Numbered from the stretch's first letter, positions 15,459 through 25,457 are shown. The stretch is DNA of 64,000 nt from Verrucomicrobiota bacterium (GCA_026397955.1 JAPLTV010000030.1:117-64116); one strand, 5' to 3'. Numbers and translations: made by a program. Notes: generated by a model from the letters alone, not told the origin.

Positions 15459-16757
15459 ATGGCTACGCAGGGAAAACTCGACGTCCTCATCCTCGGCTCC
15501 GGCGGCCGAGAGCATGCCTTGCTCAAGGCCTGCCTCCGCAGCCCCCGCGTGGGCAAGGTCCGCGTAGCCCCCGGCAACGGCGGCATGGCGCTGGAAGCCG
15601 AGTGCCTCGAGGTCGATGCCGCCAACCCGGCCGCCGTCCTGGAACTGGTCCGTCGCACGGCCTCCACCTTCGTGATTGTCGGCCCGGAGGTCCCGCTCGC
15701 CGCCGGCGTCGTCGACGCCCTCGAAGCCGCAGGCATCCCGGCCTACGGTCCGCTTGCCTCTGGGGCACGGCTCGAGGCCAGCAAGGCCTTCAGCAAGGAT
15801 TTCATGGTGCGCCATAACGTACCGACCGCCGCTTCGGAGACGTTCCGTTCCCTCGCACCCGCCCTCGAGTACGTCCGTAAGCAGCCCGTCCCGATCGTCA
15901 TCAAGGCCTCGGGCCTGGCGGCAGGGAAGGGCGTTGTTATTGCGACCACGCAGGCCGAGGCCGAGACCGCGTTGCGCGATATGATGGAGACCAAGGTCTT
16001 CGGCGCGTCGGGTGACGAGGTCGTCATCGAAGAATTCATGCAGGGCGAAGAGGCGTCGATCATGCTCATGGTCTGCCGTGAGGAATACCTCATGCTCCCG
16101 CCGAGCCAGGACCATAAGCGCGTCGGCGAAGGCGACACCGGCCTCAACACCGGCGGCATGGGCGCGTATGCTCCCACGACCGTCGTCACGCCTGAGGTCG
16201 AGCGCCGTCTTCGTGAGGAGATCATCGCGCCCACGTTGCGCGGCCTCAAAGCCGACGGCATCGATTACCGCGGTACGCTCTACGTCGGCATCATGGTCAC
16301 CGCGACCGGCCCCAAGGTCGTCGAGTTCAACGTCCGCTTCGGCGATCCCGAGTGCCAGGTGCTCATGCCTTCGCTCGAGACCGACCCCGTGCAGATTATG
16401 GAAGACATCGCGCACGGCCGCTTCCGTCCTTCGGCCGTGAAACTACGCCCCGGCGCCACGATCATCGTCGTCCTCGCCGCTGGCGGTTATCCCGGCGAGA
16501 TCCGCAAGGGCGACCCGATCACCTTACCTGCGACCCTGCCCGAGGGTGTGGACATCGTCCATGGCGGCACCAAGCGCCTACCAGACGGCCGGGTCGTCAC
16601 CTCCGGCGGCCGCGTCCTCGGCGTCGTGGCTCATGGCCCGACCCTGCAGGAAGCCGCCCGCCGGGCCTACGCCGTCGTCCCCCAGATCAAGTATGAAGGC
16701 AGCCACTACCGTCGGGATATCGGTTATCGCCAGCTCCGTCGCGACGGAGTGGTTTGA
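15459..16757 (+). CDS. purD: Phosphoribosylamine--glycine ligase
   Basis: Track ORF of 432 aa. LILGSGGREHAL, the ATP-grasp core, and EFNVRFGDPE. Confidence 0.95.
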   Translation: MATQGKLDVLILGSGGREHALLKACLRSPRVGKVRVAPGNGGMALEAECLEVDAANPAAVLELVRRTASTFVIVGPEVPLAAGVVDALEAAGIPAYGPLASGARLEASKAFSKDFMVRHNVPTAASETFRSLAPALEYVRKQPVPIVIKASGLAAGKGVVIATTQAEAETALRDMMETKVFGASGDEVVIEEFMQGEEASIMLMVCREEYLMLPPSQDHKRVGEGDTGLNTGGMGAYAPTTVVTPEVERRLREEIIAPTLRGLKADGIDYRGTLYVGIMVTATGPKVVEFNVRFGDPECQVLMPSLETDPVQIMEDIAHGRFRPSAVKLRPGATIIVVLAAGGYPGEIRKGDPITLPATLPEGVDIVHGGTKRLPDGRVVTSGGRVLGVVAHGPTLQEAARRAYAVVPQIKYEGSHYRRDIGYRQLRRDGVV

Positions 16758-16796
16758 ACACTTGAACCGAGGGGCTTATCCCTCATCTTGACCCGC

Positions 16797-17282
16797 ATGG
16801 CCGTCGAACGAGACACCGTCACGTTTGTCTGCACGGGGAATACCTGTCGCAGTCCGATGGCGGAGGCGTTGCTCCGGGCGACGTTGGCCAAGCGAGGGCA
16901 GGGGCTCGAGAAGCTGAAGGTCGCCTCGTTCGGTCTCGCCGCGCAGGTTGGTCAGCTGCCGTCCGCTAATTCCGTCAAGGCCATGCAGCGGATCGGCTTG
17001 GATGTCTCTGGCCATCGCAGCCGTCTCCTGACCCAGGCCGATGTCGATCGCAGTATCGTGATTTTCGGCATGACCGAGTCGCACCTTGCCGCCCTGCATT
17101 CTCGTTTCGACGTCCTGCCTGATTTCGTGCTCCTCCTTCGTGACGTCCTGCCGACCGACGTCCCGCGGGACATCCCCGACCCGTTTGGCGGCGGCTACCG
17201 CGATTACGAGGAGTGCCGCGATTCCATGGTTGAAGCCATCCCGGCGATGGTGGAGTTTCTGCGCCAGAATCTTTCCCGATGA
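16797..17282 (+). CDS. Low-molecular-weight protein tyrosine phosphatase
   Basis: Track ORF 16788..17282 (TTG); ATG 16797 preferred. P-loop VCTGNTCRSPMAE (CX5R-S). DP motif DIPDPFG. Confidence 0.88.
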   Translation: MAVERDTVTFVCTGNTCRSPMAEALLRATLAKRGQGLEKLKVASFGLAAQVGQLPSANSVKAMQRIGLDVSGHRSRLLTQADVDRSIVIFGMTESHLAALHSRFDVLPDFVLLLRDVLPTDVPRDIPDPFGGGYRDYEECRDSMVEAIPAMVEFLRQNLSR

Positions 17283-17728
17283 CCAGCCCGCTTACGCTTT
17301 CCTTCGGCAGTGACCATGGCGGTTTCGCCCTGCGCCGCGGCCTGGTCGAAGCGCTGAAGGCCAAGGGCTACGCCATCCTCGACCGCGGCACGGAGACCGA
17401 GGCCTCCTGTGACTATCCGGACTACGCGCAGGCCGTGGGCGCCGACGTTGTCAGCGGCCGCGCGAAATTCGGTATCCTTGTCTGCACGACCGGCATCGGC
17501 ATCTCCATCGCCGCCAACAAGGTGCGCGGTATCCGCGCCGCCCTCGTCCAGAACGCCGACGCCGCCGGCCTGAGCCGCCGTCATAACGATGCCAACGTCC
17601 TTTGTTTCGGGGCCAAATACGTCGACCTCCCGACCGCCCTGGCGTGCGTCGAGGCCTTCCTGGCCGCCGAATTCGAAGCCGGGCGCCATACCCGCCGCGT
17701 GGACAAGCTGGAGTCCCCATGTGGATAA
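17279..17728 (+). CDS. rpiB: Ribose-5-phosphate isomerase B (RpiB/LacA/LacB family)
   Basis: Track ORF of 149 aa. SDHGGFALR, VCTTGIGISIAANK, RHNDANVL. ATGA overlap with the upstream stop. Confidence 0.92.
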   Translation: MTSPLTLSFGSDHGGFALRRGLVEALKAKGYAILDRGTETEASCDYPDYAQAVGADVVSGRAKFGILVCTTGIGISIAANKVRGIRAALVQNADAAGLSRRHNDANVLCFGAKYVDLPTALACVEAFLAAEFEAGRHTRRVDKLESPCG

Positions 17729-17788
17729 CCCCGCCGATTTGCCGTTGCCACAATTCCTCGCACGATTTGCCCTTTCCCTCTTCCAACT

Positions 17789-19042
17789 ATGACCGCCATT
17801 CGCCGCATCCCTCTCGCCCAGCTTGACCCGGAGATCGACCGCCTCATCAAGGCCGAACTCAAGCGCCAGCAGACGCATATCGAGCTGATCGCCTCCGAGA
17901 ACTTCACGCTTCCTGCCATCATGGAAGCCCAGGGCAGCATCCTGACGAACAAGTATGCCGAAGGTTATCCCGGTAAGCGCTGGTACGGTGGTTGCGAGAA
18001 CGTCGACCAGATCGAACAGCTGGCCATCGACCGCGCCAAGTCCCTCTTCGGCGCCGACCACGCCAACGTCCAGCCGCACTCCGGCAGTCAGGCCAACGCC
18101 GCCGTGTATTTTGCGAGCATCAAGCCTGGCGACAAGATCCTGACCATGAACCTGTCGCATGGTGGTCACCTTACCCACGGCAATGCCGCTAACTTCTCCG
18201 GTAAGCTTTACACCGTCGTCCACTACGGCGTGGGCGCCGACGGTCGCATCAACTACGACGAAGTCGAGGAGATGGCCAAGCGCGAGAAGCCCAAGATGAT
18301 CACCGTCGGCGCGTCTGCGTATGCCCGCGAGATTGACTTCGCCCGCTTCGGAAAAATCGCCAAGGAAAACGGGGCTCTCCTCCTCGCCGACATCGCGCAC
18401 ATCGCCGGCCTCGTCGCCGCGGGCGTGCACCCGTCGCCCGTGCCGTATGCCGACTTTGTCACCACCACCACGCACAAGACCCTGCGTGGTCCGCGCGGCG
18501 GCCTCATCCTCTGCAAGGCTGAGCATGCCAAAGCCATCGACTCTTCTGTCTTCCCCGGCGCCCAGGGCGGCCCGCTCGAGCACGTTATCGCCGCCAAGGC
18601 CGTCTGCTTCGCGCAGTGCGCCACCCCTGAGTTCAAAGAATACGCCCAGCAGGTCGTCGCCAATTCCCGCGCGCTCGCCGACGAGCTTGTAAAGCTCGGC
18701 TTCGGTCTGATCAGTGGCGGCACCGATAATCACCTTAGCCTGCTCGACCTCCGTAAGAGCCACCCGAACGTCACCGGCAAGGAAGCCCAGCTCGCCTTGG
18801 ACGCCGCGCACATCACCACTAATAAGAACACCGTGCCGGACGAGACCCGCAGTCCTTTCCAGGCCAGCGGTATCCGCGTCGGCACCCCCGCGGTGACCTC
18901 CCGTGGCATGAAGGAGGCCGAGATGAAAGAAATCGCTCAGGCAATCGCCATTGTCCTGTCCGACCCGCAGAATCCTGCCAAAATCGAACAGGCGCAGGGT
19001 ATCGTGGCCTCACTGACCGGCCGTTTCCCACTCCCTTATTAA
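17789..19042 (+). CDS. glyA: Serine hydroxymethyltransferase
   Basis: Track ORF of 417 aa. [24 protein letters not shown] (PLP lysine). Confidence 0.97.
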   Translation: MTAIRRIPLAQLDPEIDRLIKAELKRQQTHIELIASENFTLPAIMEAQGSILTNKYAEGYPGKRWYGGCENVDQIEQLAIDRAKSLFGADHANVQPHSGSQANAAVYFASIKPGDKILTMNLSHGGHLTHGNAANFSGKLYTVVHYGVGADGRINYDEVEEMAKREKPKMITVGASAYAREIDFARFGKIAKENGALLLADIAHIAGLVAAGVHPSPVPYADFVTTTTHKTLRGPRGGLILCKAEHAKAIDSSVFPGAQGGPLEHVIAAKAVCFAQCATPEFKEYAQQVVANSRALADELVKLGFGLISGGTDNHLSLLDLRKSHPNVTGKEAQLALDAAHITTNKNTVPDETRSPFQASGIRVGTPAVTSRGMKEAEMKEIAQAIAIVLSDPQNPAKIEQAQGIVASLTGRFPLPY

Positions 19043-19113
19043 TCTTAAGAACCCCCTTTTTCCCTTTCCAACGGAACAAAATCACCTAACCTAATCTATA
19101 CCCCACTAAATCT

Positions 19114-19824
19114 ATGAACACCTCCACCCGTAACCGTAAGGGCTTTACGCTCATCGAACTCCTGACGGTGATCGCGATCATCGGCATCCTCGCCGCCGTC
19201 CTCTTCCCGGGCGTCCAGGGCGTCATGAAGAAGGCCAAGCAGTCCGCCGCTTCCACCAAGCTGCGCAATATCGCCCAGTCCTACATCACCTTCAATTCCG
19301 GCAGCAAGTTCATCAAGGACGCCGCCTGGAACACCTCGACCGCCCCGACCTCCGCCGCGACCCTGCAGGAGTTCGCCGCCGTCCTGGCCCTCAACGCCGG
19401 CCTGAACAGCGGTGAAATCTGGTACGTCGACGCCGACCCGGCCAACGACAGCGCCTCCTTCCCGAAGCAGGTTCTGATCGGTGCCGCCGGTGCCGAAACC
19501 ATCGACAATAACTTCAAGACCCCGAGCGCTGCCGCCGGCTACCAGTCCTGGACCACCTACACCCCGACCAACAAGAACCTCAACGAACAGGTGCCCCTCC
19601 TCTGGACGCGCGGCCTGCTCGCCACCGGTAAGTGGGACACCTCTCTGGGTGTCTGGGGTGCTGAAGGCGGCCACATCTCCTTCGGTGATGCGCACGTTGA
19701 TTGGCGCGCTGACACCAGCACGGTTGAAAACCAGTTCGCTTCCAAGAAGACCCCGGGTACGACGACCGCTAATTGGACGGATGCAGTCACGGCCAGCACG
19801 GTCCGTGAACTGAAGTCCAAGTAA
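19114..19824 (+). CDS. Prepilin-type N-terminal cleavage/methylation domain protein (pseudopilin-like), copy 1
   Basis: Track ORF of 236 aa. KGFTLIELLTVIAIIGILAAVLFP is the class III signal/methylation motif. C-terminal FGDAHVDW resembles the conserved tail of PVC pseudopilin-like families. Confidence 0.9.
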   Translation: MNTSTRNRKGFTLIELLTVIAIIGILAAVLFPGVQGVMKKAKQSAASTKLRNIAQSYITFNSGSKFIKDAAWNTSTAPTSAATLQEFAAVLALNAGLNSGEIWYVDADPANDSASFPKQVLIGAAGAETIDNNFKTPSAAAGYQSWTTYTPTNKNLNEQVPLLWTRGLLATGKWDTSLGVWGAEGGHISFGDAHVDWRADTSTVENQFASKKTPGTTTANWTDAVTASTVRELKSK

Positions 19825-19842
19825 GCCTTCACGGACTCCTCC

Positions 19843-19870
19843 AAAAGCCCCGCCCTGCGGGGCTTTTTTG
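19843..19870 (+). terminator. Rho-independent terminator
   Basis: AAAAGCCCCGC-CCT-GCGGGGCTTTTTTG. Confidence 0.85.
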
Positions 19871-19964
19871 TTGGTTCACTTTGTGACCGGCAGTCACGAC
19901 ACGCTTGGGGGTAAGGGCTTGCCAGCCCAAGGGTTTTCCCTGACTATTCTGATAACTTCACCTC

Positions 19965-20675
19965 ATGAAAGCTTCCACCCCTTCACGTCGCGGTTTCACG
20001 CTCATCGAACTCCTGACGGTCATCGCGATCATCGGTATTCTGGCCGCCGTCCTCTTCCCAGGCGTCCAAGGCGTCATGAAGAAGGCCAAGCAGTCAGCCG
20101 CTTCCACCAAGCTGCGCAACATCGCCCAGTCTTACATCACCTTCAACTCCGGCAGCAAGTTCGTGAAGGACGCCGCCTGGAACACCTCGACTGCCCCGAC
20201 CTCCGCCGCGACCCTGCAGGAGTTTGCCGCCGTGCTCGCCCTCAACGCCGGCCTGAACAGCGGTGAAATCTGGTATGTCGACGCCGACCCTTCCAACGAT
20301 AGCGCCTCCTTCCCGAAGCAGGTGCTGATCGGCGCCGCCGGTGCCGAAACCATCGACAACAACTTCAAGACCCCGAGCGCCGCCTCCGGCTACCAGTCCT
20401 GGACGACCTACACCCCGACCAACAAGAACCTCAACGAACAGGTGCCCCTCTTCTGGACGCGCGGCCTGCTCGCTACCGGTAAGTGGGATACCACCCTCGG
20501 CGTCTGGGGTTCGACCGGTGGCCACATCGCTTTCGGTGATGCGCACGTTGATTGGCGCGCCGATACCGCCGCCACGGAAAACCAGTTCGCTTCGAAGAAG
20601 ACCCCGGGCACGACGACCGCCAACTGGACGGACGCCGTCACCGCCGGCACGGTCCGCGAGCTTAAGTCCAAGTAA
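19965..20675 (+). CDS. Prepilin-type N-terminal cleavage/methylation domain protein (pseudopilin-like), copy 2
   Basis: Track ORF of 236 aa. Colinear with copy 1, with about 17-18 aa differences by manual alignment. Confidence 0.9.
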   Translation: MKASTPSRRGFTLIELLTVIAIIGILAAVLFPGVQGVMKKAKQSAASTKLRNIAQSYITFNSGSKFVKDAAWNTSTAPTSAATLQEFAAVLALNAGLNSGEIWYVDADPSNDSASFPKQVLIGAAGAETIDNNFKTPSAASGYQSWTTYTPTNKNLNEQVPLFWTRGLLATGKWDTTLGVWGSTGGHIAFGDAHVDWRADTAATENQFASKKTPGTTTANWTDAVTAGTVRELKSK

Positions 20676-20693
20676 GCCTGACCGGCCTCTCCG

Positions 20694-20722
20694 AAAAGCC
20701 CCGCCCCGCGGGGCTTTTTTGT
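20694..20722 (+). terminator. Rho-independent terminator (near-identical to 19843-19870)
   Basis: AAAAGCCCCGC-CCC-GCGGGGCTTTTTTG. Confidence 0.85.
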
Positions 20723-20758
20723 TTCCGTCTGTTCTCCGTCTGCCACCTTCAATCCCGC

Positions 20759-21685
20759 ATGACGACCTTCCGCGCCTGGCTCGCCGCGACTCGCCCCAAG
20801 ACCTTGGTGGCGGCCGTCGTCCCTATTGCACTCGGTGGTGCGGTCGTCGTGGCCTACTCAGGTGCCTCTGGCCTCTGCGCTGATCAAGTCTTCGTCTTAA
20901 CTCTGCTGAGCTGCCTCGGCTTCGCGCTGTGCGTGCAGGTCGCGTGTAATTTCGCCAACGACCTTGGCGATTCGCTCCGCGGCGCAGATACTTCCGCGCG
21001 CATCGGCCCACGTCGCGCCGTCTCGGCAGGTGATATCTCACCCGCTGCCATGCGTCGTGGTATCTGGATTGCCTGCGCTTTCGCACTCTTTCTCGGTGCC
21101 CCGGTCGCCTTGCTTTCGCCTTGGCTCCTGCTGGCGGGCTTGCTCGCGATCGCCTGCGCGCTCGCCTACACGCTGGGTCCGTTCCCGCTGGCTTACCGTG
21201 GACTTGGCGACGTCTTCGTTATCGCCTGCTTCGGTGTCCAAGCGACCGCGCTGACCGTCTTGGCGGTCGGTATGGCGTGGAAGGCCCCCGTCATGCCTTG
21301 GGCGCCCGCGCTCCTCGCTGGCCTCGGGCTCGGCTTGCTCGCCGACAACATCCTCGTCGCGAATAACGCGCGCGATTACGAGACCGACCTGGCCGTCGGC
21401 AAACGCACCACGGTCGTGCGTTTTGGCCGTGGCTTTGCCCGCAATCTGCACGGCTTCAATTCGATCTTCGGCCTGGCTTGTCTCGGTCATGTCTTCGGCT
21501 GGGCACCCATGGCCTTGCTGCCCTTGGCTGTCTGGCAGCACCTCACCTTCCGCAAGGCCATCCAGCCGGCCGAATTCCTGCCGTTTCTGGGTCGGGCGGC
21601 TGGCCTGATGCTCCTGGCGACGATCCTGTGCGTAACTGCCACTTGCCTCGGGTGGGTGCCGACTGGCAGCCTGTGGATGCGATGA
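20759..21685 (+). CDS. menA: 1,4-dihydroxy-2-naphthoate polyprenyltransferase (UbiA family)
   Basis: Track ORF of 308 aa. Polytopic membrane protein. WLAATRPKTL and NFANDLGDSLRGAD (Asp-rich motif) match MenA-type UbiA prenyltransferases. Confidence 0.85.
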   Translation: MTTFRAWLAATRPKTLVAAVVPIALGGAVVVAYSGASGLCADQVFVLTLLSCLGFALCVQVACNFANDLGDSLRGADTSARIGPRRAVSAGDISPAAMRRGIWIACAFALFLGAPVALLSPWLLLAGLLAIACALAYTLGPFPLAYRGLGDVFVIACFGVQATALTVLAVGMAWKAPVMPWAPALLAGLGLGLLADNILVANNARDYETDLAVGKRTTVVRFGRGFARNLHGFNSIFGLACLGHVFGWAPMALLPLAVWQHLTFRKAIQPAEFLPFLGRAAGLMLLATILCVTATCLGWVPTGSLWMR

Positions 21686-22158
21686 GCCAACCCAAGTCCC
21701 TCGCCGAACAGCTCGAAGCCCTCGTCAACGGGGGTGCCCGTCCGTCGTGGGATGAATACTTCATGGCCACCGCCGTGTTGGTCAGCTCCCGTTCCAGCTG
21801 CGAGCGCCTGCATGTCGGCTGCATCATCGTCTCCACCGGCAAGCATCCGAACCGTCTCGTCGCCGCAGGCTACAATGGCTTCCTGCCGGGTGCGCCCCAT
21901 GACTCGCATATCCGCGACGGCCATGAGCTCGCGACGGTACATGCCGAGCAGAACGCCGTGGCCGATGCCGCCAAGCGCGGCGTCTCGCTGCAGGGTACGA
22001 TTTGTTATGTCACCCATTTCCCGTGCGTGAACTGCGCCAAGATCCTCGCCGCCGCCGGCATCACCGAGGTGCGCTATCGTCACGATTATAAGAACGACCC
22101 GCTCGTCGCCGAGATGTTCGGCCAAGCGGGCGTATTGGTCACGCACCTCGAACGCTGA
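21682..22158 (+). CDS. Deoxycytidylate (dCMP) deaminase, ComEB family
   Basis: Track ORF 21478..22158 overlaps menA. ATG 21682 (ATGA overlap with the menA stop) gives MSQPKS...WDEYFM. Zinc motifs HAEQNA and PCVNCAK. Confidence 0.9.
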   Translation: MSQPKSLAEQLEALVNGGARPSWDEYFMATAVLVSSRSSCERLHVGCIIVSTGKHPNRLVAAGYNGFLPGAPHDSHIRDGHELATVHAEQNAVADAAKRGVSLQGTICYVTHFPCVNCAKILAAAGITEVRYRHDYKNDPLVAEMFGQAGVLVTHLER

Positions 22159-22703
22159 TGGCCCGCGCTCCGCAGACCTTGGCGGGGCGATTGCTGGTCT
22201 CGCATCCGCAGCTGCGCGACGATCATTTTCGTGAGACGGTCGTGCTCATGCATACCCATGACGCCGCGGAAGGCGCGCTCGGCGTCATCGTGAATCGTCC
22301 GCTCGGCCGGGTACTCCGCCAGATTGAATCCACCGCGGAACTCAAGCCGCTGGACGATGTGCCGCTCTTCGAAGGCGGACCGGTCGCGGCCGATCGCTTG
22401 GCGTTTGGAGGGTGGTTTTTCCCAGCCAAAGGCGAGCCCGAGGTGCGTTTCGGCCTCGGGCAGGAAGAAGCCGCCCAACTGGCCAAGGACGGCCGCTTCC
22501 AGCTTTCCGCCTATATCGGTTATGCGGGCTGGTCGCCCGGCCAGCTGGAGAGTGAGCTGAAGATGAACGCGTGGGTTGTTTGTCCGTTCGACGCGCTCTG
22601 CGTCGACTTCGAAGGCGTAGAGCTGTGGAAGAAACTCCTCGAGCGCCATCGGCCGGACCTGCGGCTCGAGGCGGATTCGCCGGAGAATCCGGGGCTGAAC
22701 TGA
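22158..22703 (+). CDS. YqgE/AlgH family protein (UPF0301)
   Basis: Track ORF of 181 aa. LLVSHPQLRDDHFRETVVLMHTHD..GALGVIVNRP is the family signature. TGATG overlap with the upstream gene. Confidence 0.88.
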   Translation: MARAPQTLAGRLLVSHPQLRDDHFRETVVLMHTHDAAEGALGVIVNRPLGRVLRQIESTAELKPLDDVPLFEGGPVAADRLAFGGWFFPAKGEPEVRFGLGQEEAAQLAKDGRFQLSAYIGYAGWSPGQLESELKMNAWVVCPFDALCVDFEGVELWKKLLERHRPDLRLEADSPENPGLN

Positions 22704-22801
22704 TTTAAGCGACGCGGCGCGTCGCGGGGATCGGCTGGCATGGGGAACTGCTGCGAAGCAGTTTAGCCACAGGTGGGGATAGCACCACGTGCTGTCCTAG
22801 T

Positions 22802-23794
22802 TCAGCGGGCGGTCGAGAGAAGGATCTCGAGGTTCTGCGTGAGCTGTTCGCCCGGGGTGCGACCATCGGGGCCGAGCATCTTCCGTTGGAGCAGGCGCGT
22901 GCGCTGGGTCTGGTCGATTTCTAGGAGACGCCAGCGGCCGGCCGGCAGCTGCGGGCTTTGGGCTTCGAGGGCCGTCCAGCGAATCGGCATGCCTTGCCAG
23001 GAGAATTCGACATACCAGCCCACGGCGCGCGAAGCATCGCCGCGCACGAGCGCCGGATAGCGTTTCACGAAGTCCGGGGTCTTGGTCGTGCGCAGGCCGA
23101 CCGTGAGGGCGGTGGGTTGGCTGCGGAGGGCCGCGAGGAGGTCGACCTTCGGTTGGCCGAGAATCAGCAGCGGGTCCATGCCGATGAGATTCTGGCCGTT
23201 GTAGAGCCCGTGGAGATTGGCGCTTTGCTTGTTCTCGGCTTGCCCGGAATACCAGAGGTTGAAGCCCGTCGAAAGGATGAGGCCGACCTCGAAGTGGAGG
23301 TGGGAGCGGTCCTTCGTGATCGGGCTGGCACCGGCGGAGGTGTGGCCCATCAGGCCGATGGCGGCACCGCGGCGGACCGGCTGGGCGGGCTTGAGCGTCG
23401 GCTCGATCTTCGCGAGGTGGGCGTAGAGCGTGTAGACGGGGATTTCCGCGGCGGCATGGTAGAGCACGACGTAACGTCCGTAAGGTCCGTTGACGTTCGG
23501 ATTCAGGTAGGCGACCTGGCCGTCCATCGCCGCCAGCACGAGGTCGAGTGGCTCGCCGTCGGCGTTGGTCTTCGCCGGGCGGATGTCGATGCCCTCATGG
23601 AAGCGCTTACCGTCTTCACGGACCATGCCGAACAAGGCCGACTCCGTCTTGCCCGATACCGTCGGCTGCAGGTAGTCCTGCGGTGAACGGATCGAGGACC
23701 GATCCATCGTGGTCGGCCAGGTCACGTCCGTCGCGCACGAAGGGAGCGCCGCGAGGCTGAAGGAAAGGAGGGCGAAGCTACTCCGCAGGCTCAC
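22802..23794 (-). CDS. M23 family metallopeptidase
   Basis: Track ORF of 330 aa. Signal/lipobox-like LAALPSC. HEGIDI and HLHFEV zinc-ligand motifs. Confidence 0.88.
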   Translation of the reverse strand: MSLRSSFALLSFSLAALPSCATDVTWPTTMDRSSIRSPQDYLQPTVSGKTESALFGMVREDGKRFHEGIDIRPAKTNADGEPLDLVLAAMDGQVAYLNPNVNGPYGRYVVLYHAAAEIPVYTLYAHLAKIEPTLKPAQPVRRGAAIGLMGHTSAGASPITKDRSHLHFEVGLILSTGFNLWYSGQAENKQSANLHGLYNGQNLIGMDPLLILGQPKVDLLAALRSQPTALTVGLRTTKTPDFVKRYPALVRGDASRAVGWYVEFSWQGMPIRWTALEAQSPQLPAGRWRLLEIDQTQRTRLLQRKMLGPDGRTPGEQLTQNLEILLSTAR

Positions 23795-24306
23795 TTGCGT
23801 TCGGCTTCCTTGATCTTACGGATCTTCAGCGACGAGACATTCAGGCGCTTGCTGATATCCATGACCGCCTCCGTGTTCGAAAGGCCCTTCTTCTCGACGT
23901 GGAACATCAGGTTGCCGTCCACGATCTGCTGGCTGATCGGCATGATGCCGACGGCGGCGTCGTTGATCACGAGGACCAATTGGCGGCCGATGGCTTCCTT
24001 GGTGTAGTTCATCACGTCGATCGCGCCTTTGCGGTCGAGTTGCACGAGGAGGAAATCCTGACGCAGGTCGGGGTCGCCGCTGGTCATGGGCTGGGTGCCG
24101 AGAATTTCTTCGGCCGGCACGAGCGGGCGGGTCATCACCGTGATGGCGACTTGGCTCACCGGCAGGCGGACCTCCTGTTTCATCGAGCCGCCTGAGGACG
24201 GCGAGGCTTCGATGAAGATCGAGGCGATCTCATCGGGGATATCGGTATTCTTGCAGCCGGCGAGGAGCAGGGCACTGAGGGCGACGGCAAGGCGGAAGAA
24301 GGTCAT
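23791..24306 (-). CDS. Hypothetical lipoprotein
   Basis: Track ORF of 171 aa. Lipobox LLLAGC. 4-nt overlap (GTGA) with the downstream M23 gene. Confidence 0.75.
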   Translation of the reverse strand: MTFFRLAVALSALLLAGCKNTDIPDEIASIFIEASPSSGGSMKQEVRLPVSQVAITVMTRPLVPAEEILGTQPMTSGDPDLRQDFLLVQLDRKGAIDVMNYTKEAIGRQLVLVINDAAVGIMPISQQIVDGNLMFHVEKKGLSNTEAVMDISKRLNVSSLKIRKIKEAERK

Positions 24307-24313
24307 GGTAAGG

Positions 24314-24805
24314 TCAGCCGACGAGCAGGTCGAGCGAGGCTCCGACCTGCAGGATGTGGGCGGGCTGGAGGTCCAGCACCGGGACGAGGTAGGTCTGCTT
24401 GCTCGCGGCGTGCACGTAGGTCATCAGACCTTTGTCGGCGACGCCGACCTGCTTGATGATGCGCTTACGCTCGAGGAGCATGGCGAGGATGTGCTTGAGC
24501 ACGCCCTTGTCGCCGGACGGATCGGATTCGTCTTCGTAGAGGGAAAGGAAGAACTCTTCGCGGGAGGCGAGGAGCTGGGCGCGGTGAGCTTGTTCTTCTT
24601 CGCCACGTTCCTTGACCTCGCGGGTCCAGCGTCCGAGGAGGATGCCCTCGGGCTTGAACGACGAAGCCTGGTCGCGGAGCACGTCGCAGCGCTCGATGTT
24701 GCCGCCGACGGGCTTATAGACGACGCACGTCACGAGGTCGCCGACGTGGAGTTCCTTGCCGGAAGCGGCGCAGATGCGCGCGATAGGTTTAACCTGCCAG
24801 TCCAT
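24314..24805 (-). CDS. Hypothetical protein (164 aa)
   Basis: Track ORF 24314..25051. Start moved to ATG 24805 (MDWQVKPIARICA...), because the longer form overlaps the divergent isochorismatase gene. No family recognised. Confidence 0.65.
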   Translation of the reverse strand: MDWQVKPIARICAASGKELHVGDLVTCVVYKPVGGNIERCDVLRDQASSFKPEGILLGRWTREVKERGEEEQAHRAQLLASREEFFLSLYEDESDPSGDKGVLKHILAMLLERKRIIKQVGVADKGLMTYVHAASKQTYLVPVLDLQPAHILQVGASLDLLVG

Positions 24806-24899
24806 GACCGATAAGAGAAGTCGGGCCGGGCGGGGCGGGCAACCCCATTCAGGATGGTTTGCGGCTGACTTATTGGCTATCCGGGGCAGTCTGCCCGCC

Positions 24900-25457
24900 A
24901 TGTCCGAAACCCCCGCCGCCGGCGTCGCCTTGCTCGTGATCGACGTCCAGCCGACCTTTCTGAAGGCCATGCAGGACGGAGAGGGTTGCCTCCGTCGCTG
25001 CCTCCTGGCCGCCTCGGCCGCCAAACTCCTAGGCGTGCCGGTACTCTTCACCGAACAGGTGCCCGCTAAGCTGGGACCGACCCATCCCGACCTGCTGCTG
25101 GCCGCTGGCGAAGGCCGTGCCGTCTTCGGAAAGACGGCGTTCTCCGCGTTCGGAGCCGCTGGGTTGGTCGAGGCCTTCGGTAAGATTCAGGTTAGCCAGC
25201 TACTCATCTGCGGCCTGGAGATTCCGGTGTGCGTTTACCAGACCGCCATGGACGCCCTGCGTGAAGGCATGGGGGTAACAATCCTTTCGGATGCCGTGGA
25301 AGCTCGTCGTCCGGAAGACGCCGTTACTTGTCTGGAAGCGCTGCGGGTGGCCGGTGCCCATATCCTGCCGACCGAGACGGTCTTCTACGCAATGGTCGGC
25401 GACGCCACCCACCCGCAGTTCCGCGCGTTCACCGAACTCGTTAAGCAGGCCGCTTAG
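24900..25457 (+). CDS. Isochorismatase-family cysteine hydrolase
   Basis: Track ORF 24756..25457. ATG 24900 gives MSETPAAGVALLVIDVQPTF. The catalytic Cys context LLICGLEIPVCV is typical of the family. Confidence 0.85.
   Translation: MSETPAAGVALLVIDVQPTFLKAMQDGEGCLRRCLLAASAAKLLGVPVLFTEQVPAKLGPTHPDLLLAAGEGRAVFGKTAFSAFGAAGLVEAFGKIQVSQLLICGLEIPVCVYQTAMDALREGMGVTILSDAVEARRPEDAVTCLEALRVAGAHILPTETVFYAMVGDATHPQFRAFTELVKQAA

Noticed and set aside
21478-21681. N-terminal 68-aa extension of the dCMP deaminase ORF.
   Set aside because: It lies entirely within the menA coding region in another frame. ATG 21682 forms an ATGA overlap with the menA stop and gives a normal-length deaminase.
22746-22802. AACTGCT-GCGA-AGCAGTT hairpin and the degenerate GGATAGCAC-CAC-GTGCTGTCC unit between yqgE and the M23 gene, as a terminator or REP copy.
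   Set aside because: There is no U-tract, and the repeat lacks the CCCTACC head (it has only TAG). It is probably a decayed repeat remnant and too weak to annotate.
24806-25051. Upstream 82-aa extension of the minus-strand hypothetical gene (track ORF 24314..25051), and the 48-aa extension of the isochorismatase ORF (24756..24899).
   Set aside because: The two extensions overlap each other on opposite strands and are Arg/Ala-rich. Internal ATGs (24805 and 24900) give compact divergent genes with a 94-nt promoter gap.
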